This document shows, piece by piece, positions 1-10,445 of a stretch of DNA of 64,000 bases; the stretch's first letter is position 1; every line of letters begins with the position of its first letter. The notes under the pieces are model-generated. The model was not told the DNA's origin, did no database searches, and was given only the letters and a program-made list of their open reading frames with translations. The stretch comes from Nitrospirota bacterium. Lineage in GTDB: Bacteria > Nitrospirota > UBA9217. A program made the position numbers and the translations under genes. The stretch spans positions 352,001 to 416,000 of the forward strand of contig CAWIYV010000009.1 in the NCBI GenBank assembly GCA_963840455.1. The letters run 5' to 3'.

Positions 1-2
1 CC

Positions 3-863
3 GACGACATCAGACACCTGGCCCACGAGATCCTGCACAACCCGGTCACGGTGCAGGTGGGCCATACCGCGCCGGCGAACACGGTGGCGCATGCTCTCTA
101 TCCCGTACCGCAGCACCTTAAGACCGGGCTGCTGCTCGAACTGCTCGGCCACACGGATGCGGGGTCGGTCCTGATCTTCACGCGCACGAAGCACCGGGCT
201 AAGCGCATCGGCCAGCAGCTGGAGAAGGCCGGGTACAAGGCCGCGTCGCTCCAGGGCAACCTGTCGCAGAACAAGCGCCAGGAAGCACTCGACGGGTTCC
301 GGTCCGGCAAGTACCAGATCCTGGTGGCGACGGACATCGCTGCGCGCGGCATCGACGTGTCCTCCATCTCCCATGTCATCAACTACGACATCCCGGATAC
401 GGTGGACGCCTACACGCACCGCATCGGCCGCACGGGCCGGGCGGCCAAGACCGGAGACGCCTTTACCTTCATCACCCATGAGGACGAGGTCCTGGTCAGG
501 AGCATCGAGCGGGTGCTGGGTGAGAAGATCGGCCGCCGCACGGTGATGGGCTTCGATTATCAGAAAGCGGCGCCCAGCCGCGACACCGAGTTCGCTCGGC
601 CGCCGCGCGAACCGCAGCGCAGGCGCATACCCGCGCCTGCGAGGCCGGAGCAGGGCAGGCAGCGCACCGCCGCTCCCGGACCGAGGGGACAGCAGGCTTC
701 CGCCGGGTATTCTGCGGGACGCACGGCGATTGCTTCGCCCCAGCGGGCCCCTTCAGACCGGCCGAGAACGGGGAACGCACCCGGAGGCGCCTCATCCCGT
801 CGTTCCTGGGGAGCCCGGCCGAACCGGGGTTCTGACCGGGGACCGGGAAGCGGCAGTCGATAG
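3..863 (+). CDS. DEAD-box RNA helicase (RhlE-like), 5'-truncated by window edge
   Basis: Helicase C-terminal motifs LIFTRTK, LVATDIAARGIDV, YTHRIGRTGRA; Arg/Gly-rich tail. Confidence 0.9.
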   Translation, partial: DDIRHLAHEILHNPVTVQVGHTAPANTVAHALYPVPQHLKTGLLLELLGHTDAGSVLIFTRTKHRAKRIGQQLEKAGYKAASLQGNLSQNKRQEALDGFRSGKYQILVATDIAARGIDVSSISHVINYDIPDTVDAYTHRIGRTGRAAKTGDAFTFITHEDEVLVRSIERVLGEKIGRRTVMGFDYQKAAPSRDTEFARPPREPQRRRIPAPARPEQGRQRTAAPGPRGQQASAGYSAGRTAIASPQRAPSDRPRTGNAPGGASSRRSWGARPNRGSDRGPGSGSR

Positions 864-890
864 GATCATTGATCAATAGCTGCAGCAGCG

Positions 891-925
891 AAAGGTCGGG
901 AGGAACTCCTCCCGACCTTTTCTTA
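891..925 (+). terminator. Intrinsic terminator
   Basis: AAAGGTCGGGAGG-AACT-CCTCCCGACCTTT hairpin followed by T-rich run, just after helicase stop. Confidence 0.8.
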
Positions 926-1281
926 TCTAAAGCAGAAGAACAAAGAAGATCTATTTTTTGGGCAGCCCGGTGCTCCGCTGTGCTAAGCATGCAGAGTGCA
1001 TGTGCTTGTTCTCGTCATGATCTGACAGCTCCCTGCAGCGCTTTCCCGCAGCCGGACTGCCCGGGGTTGGGGGGGAGGCAGGTTCAAGAGCTTAGACTCC
1101 TGTAGTTCCCGGAGCCCCTTCGGCCCGCGAGCGTTCAAGATGTCTACCATCCTTCAACAATCAGGAAGAGGTCTTTTTTATATTCCTGGTGACGAAGCCG
1201 CCGGTTCGTGATATATTTTTTCTTACAATCAATGCGGCGCTTCGATAAGTTCCCGGCCGGCAGCCGCGCGCACGGAACAGC

Positions 1282-2013
1282 ATGCCCATAGTACAAGCAC
1301 AAAACCTCATCAAAGACTACGGCATCGTCAAGGCGGTGAACGGTATCGGTTTCGCCATCGAACCGGGCGAATGCTTCGGCTTCCTGGGGCCAAACGGCGC
1401 AGGCAAGACCACGGTGATGCGCATCATCTCATGCTTCCTCCCGCCCACGTCAGGGACTGTCACGGTCTTTGGCATGGATGTAACCCGCGAACCGTCGGCC
1501 ATCAAGGCGCGCATGGGCCTCATGCCCCAGGAGGACAACCTCGATCCGGACCTGTCGGTGTTCGAGAACCTCCTTGTCTACGCGCGGTATTTCGACATCC
1601 CGAAGAAGAAGGCCGTGCCGCTGGCGAACGAACTGCTGGAGTATGTCGAGCTCCGGGACCAGGGCCGCATGCAGATCAAGGAGCTTTCGGGAGGCATGAA
1701 GCGGAGGCTGCTACTGGCGCGGTCGCTCGTCAACAGCCCCGAGATCCTGATCCTCGACGAGCCGACCACGGGCCTGGACCCCCACAGCAGGCGGGCGGCC
1801 TGGGACAAGCTGAACCAGCTCAAGTTCAAGAACACCACGCTGCTGCTCACCACCCATTACATGGAGGAGGCTGAGCGGCTGTGCGACCGCGTCGCCATCA
1901 TGGACTCGGGGCATATCGTCGCGACCGATACGCCACAGAACCTCATGCAGGAGCACGGCGGCAACCTCGAGGACGTATATCTGAAGCTTACCGGGAGGAA
2001 CCTTGCAGATTAG
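1282..2013 (+). CDS. ABC-2 exporter ATP-binding subunit (NodI-like)
   Basis: Walker A GPNGAGKTT, signature LSGGM, Walker B ILILDEPT. Confidence 0.92.
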   Translation: MPIVQAQNLIKDYGIVKAVNGIGFAIEPGECFGFLGPNGAGKTTVMRIISCFLPPTSGTVTVFGMDVTREPSAIKARMGLMPQEDNLDPDLSVFENLLVYARYFDIPKKKAVPLANELLEYVELRDQGRMQIKELSGGMKRRLLLARSLVNSPEILILDEPTTGLDPHSRRAAWDKLNQLKFKNTTLLLTTHYMEEAERLCDRVAIMDSGHIVATDTPQNLMQEHGGNLEDVYLKLTGRNLAD

Positions 2014-2758
2014 GCACGCCTGGCGGGTCCTTCAACGGCACTGGACCGTATACACCAAGCTCTACAAGTCGAGCTTTGCCCTGAACTTCATCGAGCCGGT
2101 CCTGTACCTCGTGGCCATGGGCATGGGGCTCGGCATCTTCGTGCATGACATCAACGGCCAGCCCTACATCAAGTTCATCGGGCCCGGCATCATCGCCTCG
2201 TCGTCCATGTTCGCTGCGGTGTACGAGTGCACCTATGGCACCTACATCCGGATGACCTTCCAAAAGACCTTCGACGCCATCCTCGCCACACCGGTGAACA
2301 TCGATGACATCGTGGCAGCCGAGCTCGCCTGGGCCGCAGTCAAGAGCGTCATCTACGGGTTGACCATCATGATAGTCGTCGCCCTCTTCGGCCTGGTGGA
2401 CTCGCCGCTCTTGCTGCTTGCGGTCCCCATGATCTTCCTGTGCGGCCTCATCTTCGCCGAGGTCTCGCTGATCACCACGGCGCTTGTTCCGGGCATCGAT
2501 TCGTTCAGCTACTTCTACACGCTCTTCATGACGCCGCTCTTCCTCTTCTCGGGCATCTTCTTCCCCGTGGAGACGCTGCCCCGGGCAGTGGCGGGGATCG
2601 CCTGGTTCACGCCGCTCTATCATCTCGTCACCATCTGCCGGTCCTTCGCTGCCGGGCATGTAACAGCAGTCCTTGGCAGCATTGTCTGGATCGTGGTCGT
2701 GGCTGCGGCCCTTGCCCCGGTGCCGTTCCGGCTGATGAGGAGAAGGGTCATACAATGA
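2003..2758 (+). CDS. ABC-2 exporter permease (NodJ-like)
   Basis: Multiple TM helices, FSGIFFP motif, overlaps ATPase stop. Confidence 0.88.
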   Translation: MQIRHAWRVLQRHWTVYTKLYKSSFALNFIEPVLYLVAMGMGLGIFVHDINGQPYIKFIGPGIIASSSMFAAVYECTYGTYIRMTFQKTFDAILATPVNIDDIVAAELAWAAVKSVIYGLTIMIVVALFGLVDSPLLLLAVPMIFLCGLIFAEVSLITTALVPGIDSFSYFYTLFMTPLFLFSGIFFPVETLPRAVAGIAWFTPLYHLVTICRSFAAGHVTAVLGSIVWIVVVAAALAPVPFRLMRRRVIQ

Positions 2759-2951
2759 GTCCGACACGGGGACGCGGGGACGCGGGGAAGAGGCTTAGCA
2801 TTGCGGATTGAACATCAAAGTCTTTGACACTGAAGACCCAGAGAACGGCTATGAAAGAGCATGATTATTCTGGAAGTGTCAGTGTCTCAGTGTCAAAAAA
2901 ATGTCTTGATACATAATCCGAGTCAAAGAACTTGTCTCAGGAGAAAATATC

Positions 2952-3455
2952 ATGGACCTTCTGGAAGGATTGCAGACCCGCAGGAGCATTCGAACCTATA
3001 CCGATCAACCGATCACCCGGGAGCAACTCCGGGAGATCATCAGGTTCGGGACCATGGCGCCGTCGGGACAGAACAACCAGCCCTGGCGGTTCGTCACCAT
3101 TCGGGGAAAAGAAACCCTCCAAAAGCTCTCGCAACTCACCAAGTACAGCCATATCATCGGAAAGGCGGCTGCCTGCATTGCCGTCTTTATCGATAGGACC
3201 GCCATGTACCATGAAGTGAAGGACCATCAGTCCATGGGCGCTTGCATCCAGAACCTGCTGCTTGCCAGCCACGGAATGGGTCTCGGCGCGGTCTGGCTTG
3301 GCGAGATTCTGAAAAGCGCGAAGGAAGTGCGGGAGCTGTGCGGCCTGTCGAATGATATGGAACTGATGGCCGTTGTCGCGCTCGGCCACCCGGCGGGAAA
3401 GGGCGGAAGGGCGGACCGGAGGCCGGTTGAGGAAGTGCTGTTGAAAGAGTTGTAG
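2952..3455 (+). CDS. Nitroreductase family protein
   Basis: RRSIR, APSGQNNQPWRF and GLGAVWLG motifs. Confidence 0.92.
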   Translation: MDLLEGLQTRRSIRTYTDQPITREQLREIIRFGTMAPSGQNNQPWRFVTIRGKETLQKLSQLTKYSHIIGKAAACIAVFIDRTAMYHEVKDHQSMGACIQNLLLASHGMGLGAVWLGEILKSAKEVRELCGLSNDMELMAVVALGHPAGKGGRADRRPVEEVLLKEL

Positions 3456-3782
3456 TAGAGGAATACGGTTTGTAGTTCGGGAATTATGTTATAGTTGCCG
3501 TCGTATTTAGCCAATAACTCGTCGCGCAGTTGCCGGTCCATTAACATCCGAAATGGGATGTTAGTCCACCTTTCATAACTACGTAATACTTGGTTAGATC
3601 GCAAGGGATATAATGACAGATAACTTAGATTACACAAAACTTCCAATCGGACAGCGACTCACTGATGGTCGCAAAATAGAAAAATGCCCGAAGTGCGGTC
3701 GCAATGGCGCCAGTTCCAGTGGCTATTTTGAGCACTTCGGAATGGAGAAATTTACGACTGCAACAGGTGAAGTGCATGGCAA

Positions 3783-4770
3783 GTGGCGGCCGGGTCAGGT
3801 CCCGGTCGTGTCACCTTCCACCCCTCGGGCAAGTATGCCTATGTAGCGAATGAGGGAAGTGACGACGTCTCTCAGTACACCATCAATGCAGATGGCAGCC
3901 TTTTGTCCATGGCAACCCCCACCGTGGCGGCCGGGGTTTTACCCGTTTCCATCAAGGTCGACCGCTCGGGAAAAAATGCCAATGTGGCGAATGGGAACAA
4001 CAACGCTATCTCGCAGTACTCGATCAATGCGAATGGTAGCCTGAGCATCATGGGTCCGGCAACCGTCGCTGCACACGCCGGCCCAATGGACATCGCTCTG
4101 ATCCATGGTGCCGCTGTCGTCGCTGTGCCGAAATATGCTTATGTGGCGAACGATGGCAGCAGTGATATTTCGCAGTACTCGATCAAAGCAGACGGCAGCC
4201 TCGCCTCGATGGCTACTCCGACTGTTGCGGCCGGACAGGCTTCGCGCTCCGTCACAGTTGACCCATCGGGCAAATATGCCTTTGCGGCCAACTATGGCAG
4301 CGGCAATGTATCGCAATACACGATCGATGGGGACGGCAGCCTTGTGCCCATGGCACTCCCGACCGCGGCGGCCGGGAGTGGACCTCTCTCGGTCACCGTC
4401 GACCCCTCGGGCAGATATGTCTATGTGGTGAATTGCGGACACAGCAGCGTTTCACAGTATCTGATCAATACAGATGGCAGCCTTTTCCCCATGATGACCC
4501 CGACCGTGGCGACCGGGGCGGATCGCTTCCATCGCGATTGCCCTCGGGCAAGAATGCATTCGTGAACTATGGCGCACAGACGTCTCGCAGTACCGATCAG
4601 CGCGGATAGGACGCTCAGTATCCATGGCTACTCTACGGTAGCGATGGGATTATCCGGTATCGTCACTGTCGATCCCTCGGGCAAGAACGCATCGTGGCGA
4701 ACTTTAACAGCAGCAGCGTCTCGCAGTACTCGATCGCCGCGGATGGGGCGCTCACACCCATGGCCACCCC
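3783..4770 (+). pseudogene. Lactonase/YVTN-like beta-propeller repeat protein, truncated and 3'-degenerate
   Basis: ~48-aa repeats VTVDPSGKYAYVANxGSxxVSQYxIxADGSL; starts mid-repeat; further repeat copies continue out of frame after 4565. Confidence 0.65.
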
Positions 4771-4895
4771 TACGGAATGAGGTTTGGTACGATATCAAGA
4801 CGTGTCGCCAGCCAATGGAAAGAAGAAACAAGTTAATCCCACCCGAAGATAAGCTTAACGCGATCCATTGGGATGAGTAGGCGTAACCGGATGAG

Positions 4896-4954
4896 ATCCA
4901 ACCTGCGCCTCGACAGCGACGCGCCAACGGCGGCGCGTCAGGCGCGCGTTCTTC
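4896..4954 (+). other. Solitary integron attC-like site (degenerate R' end)
   Basis: ATCCAAC (RYYYAAC) ... GCGCCT-C-GAC / GTC-AGGCGC imperfect palindrome ... GTT; 59 bp; directly after an ORF-like stop. Confidence 0.55.
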
Positions 4955-5034
4955 AATTGGTTCTGTTGCAGTTGTCTTGATCTCTCTTCGTCCTCGTTAC
5001 TCCGTGGTCAACATCTCAAGCTGTTGAGGTGAAA

Positions 5035-6338
5035 ATGCTGAACGCCTATTTTCGTCTGAAAGAGCTCGGTACTACCATCCGGCAGGAGGTTATTGCGGGC
5101 GCGACGACCTTCGTGACCATGGCCTACATCATCATCGTGAACCCCAAGGTCCTCGAGGCCGCGGGGCTATGCCCTTCGGGCCGTCCATGGTTGCCACGAT
5201 CCTGACGGCCTTCGTGGGGACACTGCTGATGGGGCTCTATGCGAAACGGCCTTTTGCCATCGCGCCGTACATGGGCGAGAACGCCTTTGTGGCCTTCACG
5301 GTGGTCAAGGTGATGGGGTTCTCCTGGCAGGAGGCGCTCGGCGCCATCTTCGTCTCGGGCGCCATCTTCGCGGTGCTGACGCTGCTGAACATCCGCACAT
5401 GGCTCGTGAACTCGATCCCCGAGAAGCTCAAGATCGGGTTCAGCGTGGGCATCGGCCTCTTCCTCACCTTCATCGGCCTGAACGAGACCGGCATCGTACG
5501 GATCGGCGTGCCCGGCGCGCCGGTGCACGTGGGAAACTTCACCGAGCCGACGGTCCTGCTGGCGATCTTTGGTTTTATCCTGACGGGCCTGCTCATGATC
5601 AGGCGCGTGAACGCGGCGCTCTTCCTCGGGATCGCAGCCGTGACCGTGCTCGGAATGCTCGTGGGGAAAGTGCGGCTGCCGGAAAGTATCATCAGCGCGC
5701 CGCCATCGATCTTGCCGATCTTGGGGAAACTGGAGTTCTCCGGCCTCCTCTCGGTCAAGGCCTTCCCGGTCATCCTGACCATGTTCGTGATGATCTTTGT
5801 TGATACGATGGGTACCCTGATCGGGCTTTCGATGAAGGCGGGGCTCCTGGACAGGAACGGCAATCTTCCCGAGATCGAGAAACCCATGCTGTGCGATTCT
5901 CTCTCGACCATGGCAGGAGCGGTCTTCGGCACCGCGACCTCGGGCGCCTACATCGAATCCGCAGCCGGGATCGAGGCAGGCGGCAGGACCGGGCTCGCTT
6001 CGGTGGTCACGGCTTTCCTTTTCCTCGCGGCATTGTTCTTTGCGCCGCTCTTCACTGTTGTCCCGCCGTATGCATACGGGCCGGCGCTCATCATCGTCGG
6101 CATGCTGATGCTGTCGCCGATGAGGCACCTGGAGTTCCATGACCTCACCGAGGTGATGCCGGTCTTTACCATCATCGTGCTGATGAGCTTTACTTACAAC
6201 ATCGGGATCGGCATGACCGCGGGGTTCGTGGTCTATCCATTGATCAAGACGCTGTCGGGCAGGTGGCGCGAGGTGCCGGCGGGATTGTGGGTCCTGGGAG
6301 GGTTGTCGCTGCTCTTTTTTATATTCTATCCGTACTAG
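5035..6338 (+). CDS. NCS2/AzgA-family nucleobase permease (apparent frameshift near 5168)
   Basis: N-terminus MLNAYFRLKELGTTIRQEVIAGATTFVTMAYIIIVNP in one frame; remainder including the YIESAAGIEAGGRTG signature in another. Confidence 0.85.
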
Positions 6339-6399
6339 TTGACATGCCGGGTGCTCCTTTGTCAGATCATGCGAAAGGCGAAGAAGGTGGGGACGATAA

Positions 6400-6777
6400 A
6401 TGATGGTGGAAAGGAACATTGACGTAGCGAGCGGCCTGGTGACCTTCACCGTGAATGGAAAGGCCACCTACGAAGGGCTCATACGGGCCCTCGAAGAGAT
6501 GCTGGACGATCCGAACTTTAGGAAGGGCGCGAACAACCTCTGGGATTTCCGGAACGTTGACTCCGACAGCCTGACGAGCGTCGACATCCGTGGGTTTGCT
6601 TCATTCATCGAGAAAAACAAGGAGCGCCGCGGGGAGGGATACAAGGTCGCCTTTGTAGTCGCCCGTGATGTGGATTTCGGGCTCGCGCGGATATACGAGG
6701 CCTATGCAGATCGCCTTCCTTTCACCGTGATGGTGTACCGCAGCATGGAAGATGCCCTGTCCTGGATCAGGACGTGA
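6400..6777 (+). CDS. STAS/SEC14-like (SpoIIAA-like) hypothetical protein
   Basis: 125 aa; LWDFR...KVAFVV...FGLARIYE...AL SWI pattern resembles this family. Confidence 0.6.
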   Translation: MMVERNIDVASGLVTFTVNGKATYEGLIRALEEMLDDPNFRKGANNLWDFRNVDSDSLTSVDIRGFASFIEKNKERRGEGYKVAFVVARDVDFGLARIYEAYADRLPFTVMVYRSMEDALSWIRT

Positions 6778-6813
6778 TAGCGACGGTGGATGGTCGGTCA
6801 GCGCGTTGGCTGT

Positions 6814-7695
6814 TCATACTGGCCGCTGGTTCTTCTTGCCCAGCACCTTGTATACTGCAATAAGGTCCTCCTCGGCCATTCCCTCCCGCATCGCCAGGGC
6901 ATAGAGCTCCTTCACCACATGCATCGCTGGAAGTGCTGCGCCGGTCTCATAGGCCGTTTCCGACGCGAGATGCAGGTCCTTGTGCATCCACTGGAGGGGG
7001 AACTCCGCGGCATAGTCCGCTTTCTCGATCTTCTGCCGTTTGAAATTGAGAAAAGGCGCCATGACGGGCGACGCCGCGAGAGTATCGAACATAGCCTGCT
7101 TCGTTATACCCAGCGACTCGCCGAAGGAAAGGGCCTCGGCAAAGGCCACCATGGCCTCGCCCAGCAGGATATTGTTCACCATCTTCATGGCCGATCCCAT
7201 GCCATGTCCGCCAACGTGAAAGACCGCCTTGCCCATGCACTCGAGCAGGGGCTTCGCAGTGTCTACATCGGTCTTGTCGCCGCCCACGAAAAACAGGAGC
7301 TGGCCCTGCTCTGCCGGGCCCTTGGAGCCGCCCACGGGCGCATCGAGGAACCGCACCTTCCTTGAGGCGGCCTCGATGGCCATGAGCTTCGAAAAGGAGG
7401 GGTTCACGGTGCTGCAGTCGATCCAGAGCGAACTGGGGAGAAGCTTGTCCAGGAAGGAGCGTTTCCCGAGCAGGGCCACTTCGGCCACGGCATCGGGTTT
7501 GGAGAGCATTGTGAACAGGATGTTGACGTGCTTGGCAATCTCTGCGGGGGAATCGGCCCAGGCCGCGCCGTTCGCCAGAAGCGCCTGCGCCTTGACCTTG
7601 GACCGGTTATAGACCACTAGCTCGTGCCCTTTTTTCCGGAGATTCTCCGCCATGCGGCTGCCCATGATGCCCAAACCGATGAACCCGATCTTCAT
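6814..7695 (-). CDS. NAD(P)-dependent 3-hydroxyisobutyrate dehydrogenase family oxidoreductase
   Basis: IGFIGLGIMG, FLDAPVGG, MKMVNN, KDL motifs. Confidence 0.9.
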   Translation of the reverse strand: MKIGFIGLGIMGSRMAENLRKKGHELVVYNRSKVKAQALLANGAAWADSPAEIAKHVNILFTMLSKPDAVAEVALLGKRSFLDKLLPSSLWIDCSTVNPSFSKLMAIEAASRKVRFLDAPVGGSKGPAEQGQLLFFVGGDKTDVDTAKPLLECMGKAVFHVGGHGMGSAMKMVNNILLGEAMVAFAEALSFGESLGITKQAMFDTLAASPVMAPFLNFKRQKIEKADYAAEFPLQWMHKDLHLASETAYETGAALPAMHVVKELYALAMREGMAEEDLIAVYKVLGKKNQRPV

Positions 7696-7917
7696 ATCAA
7701 ACCTCCTGAGAGTAAAATCTGCCACAGAGAGCTATAGAGGACAGAGAGTAACAACAAGAACAGGAATGGAAAGGGGGGTAAGCAAGGCAAGAAGGTAATA
7801 ATGTTGAAGAGGCCTTACCTTCGCAGTACCGTATCTTCCTATTGTCGTCGTTTCCTACCCTCCAGTTCACTCTGTGCTTTCTGCCTGTAGCCCGCGGCCA
7901 AGTCCTCTGTGGCTAAA

Positions 7918-8355
7918 CTAATCCTTTTTGGTCCTTCGTACACTGCAGCTAAACCCGTTCCCGGAGAATGCCGCGCCGCTGTCGTCGAAGTGCCAGAACC
8001 AGTCACCCATCTTTGCCGCGTCGTCGATCTTTGTCCCGCCCCGGTCTCCCCGCAGGAGATATTTCCGGGGGCCCAGCGAGTGGGGCGCTCCACCCACGGC
8101 GATCGTCATGTCATTGAGATCGACGGTCCACCATCGGTAGGCGGACCGGGCGCGGGGCAGATGGAGGATATAGTACGTGCGGTTCCTGGCCTTTCGATAG
8201 ACCTCGGCATCGGCGAAGAAATCCTCATGCTCCCCGTAGATGACCTGCAGCGAGCCGGACTTAAAGAGCGGCTGTGCGCCGGTGGCGAGGAAGACCCCCC
8301 AGACGATGAGGCACAGGACTGCCGCGATAACGAGTATTTTAGCTCCAAGCGTCAT
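7918..8355 (-). CDS. Hypothetical membrane-anchored protein
   Basis: 145-aa ORF with N-terminal hydrophobic helix. Confidence 0.55.
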   Translation of the reverse strand: MTLGAKILVIAAVLCLIVWGVFLATGAQPLFKSGSLQVIYGEHEDFFADAEVYRKARNRTYYILHLPRARSAYRWWTVDLNDMTIAVGGAPHSLGPRKYLLRGDRGGTKIDDAAKMGDWFWHFDDSGAAFSGNGFSCSVRRTKKD

Positions 8356-8469
8356 GGATGAGGGAGTGGAGAGGAACTTTCTGGAACTCGAACGACACTC
8401 TTCCGGCAGGGAAAAGGACGGCGGGCCCCGTCCGGAGGCCCGCTGTCCGGGATCCTGAGCAAGGTCCGG

Positions 8470-8754
8470 CTACTTGATCTTCCTGATGAACTCTTCCACC
8501 GAAAGGGCAGGGAGTGTCGTCATCTGTACCGAGCCGCGGGAGCCCAGCTCAACGGACATCTTCATCACCGTTTCGTTGTCCGGCGCCTCGACGATGTTCA
8601 CAAAATCGTACATGCCGAGAAGGGCGTACTGCTTGTGTACCTTGACGCCCATGGCCTCGATCTCCTTGTTCACCTCGACGATCCGCTCAGGTCTCTGCTT
8701 GATGGTCCGGCGCCCTTCGTCGGTCAGATTGCTCAAAATGATGTAGTACGGCAT
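8470..8754 (-). CDS. GYD domain protein
   Basis: LLGMYDFVNIVEAPD motif; AGGAGG RBS. Confidence 0.85.
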   Translation of the reverse strand: MPYYIILSNLTDEGRRTIKQRPERIVEVNKEIEAMGVKVHKQYALLGMYDFVNIVEAPDNETVMKMSVELGSRGSVQMTTLPALSVEEFIRKIK

Positions 8755-8987
8755 GGCAGGTCCTCCTTTTTTATTCGGGTCTTTCGGGGATGTCCCTGCG
8801 ACGGCATGCGTGCAGGGAGTGGTCAAAGTATAGCACAAGGGGCCGTTCTTGGCCATGGGAACAGGGGCTGATGGGTCGCGGCTTTTCCCGGCAGGACAAT
8901 GGCCGGGGGCTTACAAATTCCTTTTTCCGTGATACAATAAACCGAGTTTTGCCGCGACCACTTCGTTCCGTCCGGCGACCCATTATC

Positions 8988-9953
8988 ATGAATCGATCTC
9001 TTCTTATCCTATTCCTGTTCATCGGACTTCTCATACGGCCTGCTTCCGCAGGTTCCTTTGACGGCCCGCTCCAGGTGCGGAACCAGTTCCCCATTTTCCT
9101 TCCACTCGATCCCCCCTATCTGGAAAGCGCCTCAGTACGGGATTCGGCGACGGTCTCGCTCACCCATTCAAGCGTGTATGTGATCGAAACGGCCCCTGCC
9201 TGGACGGTCAACATGGACCTTGAGCTCACAGAGCTCAATATCCGCCTGAAAAAGACGCTGGGTCCGCGGACCGAGCTGGGGCTTGACGTTCCCGTGATCC
9301 GTCCCACGGCCGGTTTCTTGGACGCCCCCCTGGCCAGCTTCCATAATGCCCTTGGCACAGGAGATTACGGAAGGAGCGCGCGCCCGAATAATGAGTTCCT
9401 GTACGAGGTCCTGTATCAGGGCAAACCGGTCATCATCACGGAGAGCGACAAGGCCGGGATCGGGGATGTCCGTCTGACGCTCAAACGGGTGGTGAATGAT
9501 GTGAAGCCACTGGTGAGCCTCATGGCAAACGTCGAGCTCCCCACGGGCGACGCGAAGGCCGGATACGGTAATGGGAGCGTTGATGCGGCATTCGCCGTGC
9601 TTATTGACCTGGACCTGGGGAAGCAGTACCGGGGGTACGGGAACGTCGGCGTGGTGGTTCCCGGGGACCTGAAGGGCTACCAGGCCATCCCCATGCGCAC
9701 TTACGCCTATGCCGGGTTCGGCGTCGAGGCGGCATGGTGGGAACGTTTCAGCGTCATCGTCCAGACCGTGGTAGCGGGCTCGCCCTATCCGTCGACGGGC
9801 ATCCGGCAGGTCGATTGGCCGGGGATCCTCCTGACGTTCGGCGGGCGGTATTCGTTTAGTTCAAGCAGCTTCGAGTTTTCCCTGACCGAGGACCCGGACA
9901 CTGCGGGCGCCCCCGATTTCATCATGAACGTTTCCTATATAATGTCGTTCTAG
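8988..9953 (+). CDS. DUF3187-like outer-membrane beta-barrel protein
   Basis: Signal peptide, GPLQVRNQFP, ELPTGD, C-terminal Phe. Confidence 0.65.
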   Translation: MNRSLLILFLFIGLLIRPASAGSFDGPLQVRNQFPIFLPLDPPYLESASVRDSATVSLTHSSVYVIETAPAWTVNMDLELTELNIRLKKTLGPRTELGLDVPVIRPTAGFLDAPLASFHNALGTGDYGRSARPNNEFLYEVLYQGKPVIITESDKAGIGDVRLTLKRVVNDVKPLVSLMANVELPTGDAKAGYGNGSVDAAFAVLIDLDLGKQYRGYGNVGVVVPGDLKGYQAIPMRTYAYAGFGVEAAWWERFSVIVQTVVAGSPYPSTGIRQVDWPGILLTFGGRYSFSSSSFEFSLTEDPDTAGAPDFIMNVSYIMSF

Positions 9954-10054
9954 CGGCACTGCCAGGACGGCCGCTGTTCCAGATCACTTGCCTAGCAGGC
10001 CGCGGCATGGTATAACAAGTACGGAAGCTCTGGTAAACGAGCGAGGAGGCAGCC

Positions 10055-10243
10055 GTGTGCGATCTTAAAGCCTATGTACGGAACAATGACCGGGAAGAGC
10101 TGGTCCTGGAATCGGTGAACCTGATCCGTTCGGAGGGGGGAGAGGTCGTCCTCCGGAACCTTTTCGGCGAGGAAAAACGGGTACGGGGCGAGGTGCGCGA
10201 GGTCTCGCTCGCAAAGAACCGGGTCGTCCTGGAACCTCGATAA
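10055..10243 (+). CDS. cooT: CooT-family nickel-binding protein
   Basis: 62 aa, Cys2 (MCxxxAY), LFGEEK motif; GTG start with GAGG RBS. Confidence 0.75.
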   Translation: MCDLKAYVRNNDREELVLESVNLIRSEGGEVVLRNLFGEEKRVRGEVREVSLAKNRVVLEPR

Positions 10244-10445
10244 CAGGGGCTGAGAGATCCGATAGCAGGGTTCCAATTGGCTATCGTCGACAATCCCGCA
10301 AAGCACTGTTCATGTTGTACCCGTTCTAACATGCGTAAAACGGGGATTCTTACCTTAAACCGCTTGACAAACCTAACCACTTGATTTATAAATAGCTATC
10401 GTCGTGGCATGGTCCTCAGTACCACCCTGAACCCCGCATCCACTT

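Noticed and set aside
1010-1180. Possible ncRNA (6S or riboswitch) or 44-aa minus-strand ORF in the helicase-ABC intergenic region, with two GTTCAAGA copies
   Set aside because: Could not fit a known consensus fold by eye; an Rfam scan would be needed.
10055-10243. CO dehydrogenase locus implied by cooT
   Set aside because: No cooS, cooC or other nickel-enzyme genes in the window.
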